From: a virus
Taxonomy: Duplodnaviria > Caudoviricetes
Strand: one strand, 5' to 3'
IMG/VR virus record: IMGVR_UViG_3300012952_000084
Span: 1-29,533 of that record
DNA length: 29,533 nt
The position numbers and the translations under genes were made by a program. The notes under the pieces are model-generated. The model was not told the DNA's origin. It worked only from the letters and a program-made list of their open reading frames with translations, and did not search any database. Shown here in pieces: positions 27,676 to 29,533 of the stretch. How positions within the stretch are numbered: the stretch's first letter is position 1; the number at the start of each line of letters is the position of its first letter.

Positions 27676-27747
27676 AATCTCAAAAATTTGCCCGCGAAAA
27701 AATCTGAGCAATTGCGAATATTGGATCCGCGCTATCTCACAGATATT

Positions 27748-28185
27748 TTAGTCACCACCGTGCACTGCATACAGCGATTCTTCGTCTACGGGCTCCGCCT
27801 TGCGACGATAACTGTCTTTGACCTTTTTGCTAATCGGAATTGCTTGGCCGTCTCCATCAATCCTTACATAAGTTATCTCAGTCTGACATACGAGCTTTTG
27901 AGTTCCGTTGTAGACGCTGTGTCTGCGCGCCTCAAGCTTAAGCTTGCATGAGGTGTCGCCAATGTCCAGAACCTCTCCATATATTTTGATAAGGTGGCCC
28001 GGGCGTACTGGCTTGGCAAAGACAGTCTCTGCCATTTTAACCGTAACCATTCGCGGCGTATCACAAACTTGGCACGCATATGCGGCGCCAGCTTCGTCTA
28101 ACCACGATAACATAACTCCTCCAAAAAGATTACCATGCACGCCAATGTTCTGTCCCTTGCAGATGTGTGTTGAAACAAGCTTCAT
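27748..28185 (-). CDS. Hotdog-fold acyl-CoA thioesterase (YciA-like)
   Basis: NIGVHGNLFGGVMLSWLDEAG, VTV, FAKPVRPG, TYVRIDGDGQAIPI. Confidence 0.88.
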   Translation of the reverse strand: MKLVSTHICKGQNIGVHGNLFGGVMLSWLDEAGAAYACQVCDTPRMVTVKMAETVFAKPVRPGHLIKIYGEVLDIGDTSCKLKLEARRHSVYNGTQKLVCQTEITYVRIDGDGQAIPISKKVKDSYRRKAEPVDEESLYAVHGGD

Positions 28186-28186
28186 A

Positions 28187-28396
28187 TTATTCTGGCTCCG
28201 CAGTGTCTGTTCGCCTCAGGCTTCCAGCCTCGGGCAGGTCTTCCATCTCTTCTATCTCTTCATCCTCGGGGAATCCAATTTCATCATACTCATATCGTTC
28301 AAATTCCGGGACAGATGTCGGTTCTATAGTCTTACTTTTTGGCCCACATGCAAGGGCAAGAAGAACAATAATAAATAACCACAGTCTATAGTTCAT
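28187..28396 (-). CDS. Small acidic putative lipoprotein
   Basis: MNYR, then hydrophobic LWLFIIVLLALA, then C (lipobox-like); ATGA overlap with the upstream gene. Confidence 0.6.
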   Translation of the reverse strand: MNYRLWLFIIVLLALACGPKSKTIEPTSVPEFERYEYDEIGFPEDEEIEEMEDLPEAGSLRRTDTAEPE

Positions 28397-29532
28397 TTTA
28401 AAAAACTCCTCCATTTCTTATACATTCTGTTCACATTTCTATTTTCTTTCAACTCTTGTTCCGATGAAGTTTCTTGTTGAGACTCTTGCGCTTCGGACTC
28501 TGTTTCATCCCACAACTGTTCGATAGGTTCTGGACCTTTCATTCCAGACGGCATTCGCAGTCTCTGCATTGTCTGCAGGGTACCCAAAAAGATTTCGCGA
28601 AGTTTATCTTCATCATCAACAGTACCGGGTTGCCAGACTGCCGCTTGAAATAGGTCTATCACTTCATCAGGGTCTTCATAGCTAACTACCAACGCAAATT
28701 CATAATTTACACCATTATCAAGAGGCATAGCTCCGGTTCCCTGATCATATATGTCTACATTATACTCTGTTTGAACCTCTTTTCTTGCATCTGATAGCAT
28801 CTTCTTCCGAATCGCAAGTCTAAAATCACGAGAGTCTAACACTTGTTGTAAAACCTGTGGATTCCATTGAAGTTCTCTGGTGTCGAAGAAAAATTCTACT
28901 TGGCCTACTATAATGGTAGCCTCGTCCGGATCCCACTTGTCATCAAGCTCAAGCGTCCATTCATATGGATCGATATCTCCGTTTGAGATCTCCATGGCCA
29001 TGTTTAAAAACTTGCTGCCAACCATAGCACCTTCCATCTTATAATGTCTGGTAAGATAATGTTTAACTCCATCGTACATGTCATCAATAGCATTGACAGC
29101 CACACCAAAATCCTCGACCTCTTCTGGATCTGCAACGAACGACATGCCGTTCCACTCTGGTATATACTCGGGGCTGATACGGAAGCCCAAAGATACTGTC
29201 TGGCTGTTGCGTCGAAGCCAAGCGGAGCCCTCATCGGCCCATGCCCAACCTAGGTCATTAAGTTCTGATACTGCCCAGCGCGCAGAGGTTGAGGCAGGAA
29301 GCTTGTTCCACTCTTCTATACCCCATTGGATATTCATATATGCTTTGAGCATGATGATAACTTGACCTTCGTCGTCCTCTACATCGACTTGAATTTCAGC
29401 AGCTTGGTAACGACGGTTCCATTCTTCAGCTATCTCGTCGGCGCGCCTTTGTGCATCTTCAATTTGGCCGGCGTTGAGCATAGAAAGATCTATCTCATCC
29501 TCTGCAGTTGCGTCCTGACCGACCTGTCCATC
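28393..29532 (-). CDS. C-terminal part of a large acidic protein (start outside the window)
   Basis: Frame stays open from 29481 to the window end (DGQVGQDATAEDEIDLSM...); ends LKENRNVNRMYKKWRSFLK. Confidence 0.8.
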   Translation of the reverse strand, partial: DGQVGQDATAEDEIDLSMLNAGQIEDAQRRADEIAEEWNRRYQAAEIQVDVEDDEGQVIIMLKAYMNIQWGIEEWNKLPASTSARWAVSELNDLGWAWADEGSAWLRRNSQTVSLGFRISPEYIPEWNGMSFVADPEEVEDFGVAVNAIDDMYDGVKHYLTRHYKMEGAMVGSKFLNMAMEISNGDIDPYEWTLELDDKWDPDEATIIVGQVEFFFDTRELQWNPQVLQQVLDSRDFRLAIRKKMLSDARKEVQTEYNVDIYDQGTGAMPLDNGVNYEFALVVSYEDPDEVIDLFQAAVWQPGTVDDEDKLREIFLGTLQTMQRLRMPSGMKGPEPIEQLWDETESEAQESQQETSSEQELKENRNVNRMYKKWRSFLK

Positions 29533-29533
29533 A

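Noticed and set aside
27676-27747. Intergenic stretch with A-tracts (AAAAATTTGCCCGCGAAAAAATCT)
   Set aside because: Single occurrence with no clear structure; may just be an UP element.
942-29365. Numerous short + strand and alternate-frame ORFs in the track
   Set aside because: They are shadows of well-supported genes and have no recognisable motifs.
1-29533. Bacterial chromosome interpretation (groEL, clpP, dnaE, nrdJ, guaB-like)
   Set aside because: No canonical operons (groESL, clpPX), divergent sequences, gp41-like helicase, phage Dam, endolysin and many orphans tiled on one strand.
1-29533. CRISPR arrays, tRNAs, rRNA, IS elements
   Set aside because: Intergenic gaps are short (about 120 nt or less), and no repeat-spacer, cloverleaf or transposase signature was noticed by eye.
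1-29533. Stop-codon reassignment
   Set aside because: Genes are full length in code 11, and TAA, TAG and TGA all end tiled genes.

Overview
This 29.5 kb window is densely coding and almost entirely on the minus strand. It looks like part of a large lytic tailed-phage (jumbo/huge phage) genome rather than a cellular chromosome. Replication and nucleotide genes include DnaE, a DnaB/gp41-like helicase, class II RNR, dUTPase, an IMPDH/GMPR-family enzyme and a phage Dam-type MTase. Proteostasis genes include GroEL, a distant GroES, two ClpP paralogs, a J-domain protein and a glutaredoxin. There is also an amidase endolysin, an HNH nuclease and many orphans. Two promoter classes are visible: near-consensus sigma70 promoters (TTGACA-16/17-TATAAT) and a recurrent CTAHWTAT motif that is a candidate late promoter. 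The most striking signal is a set of unrelated proteins sharing a W[KR]x[FY][LIV]xE / [LI]xE peptide tag. The set includes a 1053-aa kinase-linker-nucleotidyltransferase fusion and the adjacent Nudix hydrolase. This suggests a capsid-targeted, protease-processed effector cargo system. All family assignments come from motif recognition by eye; no database searches were run.
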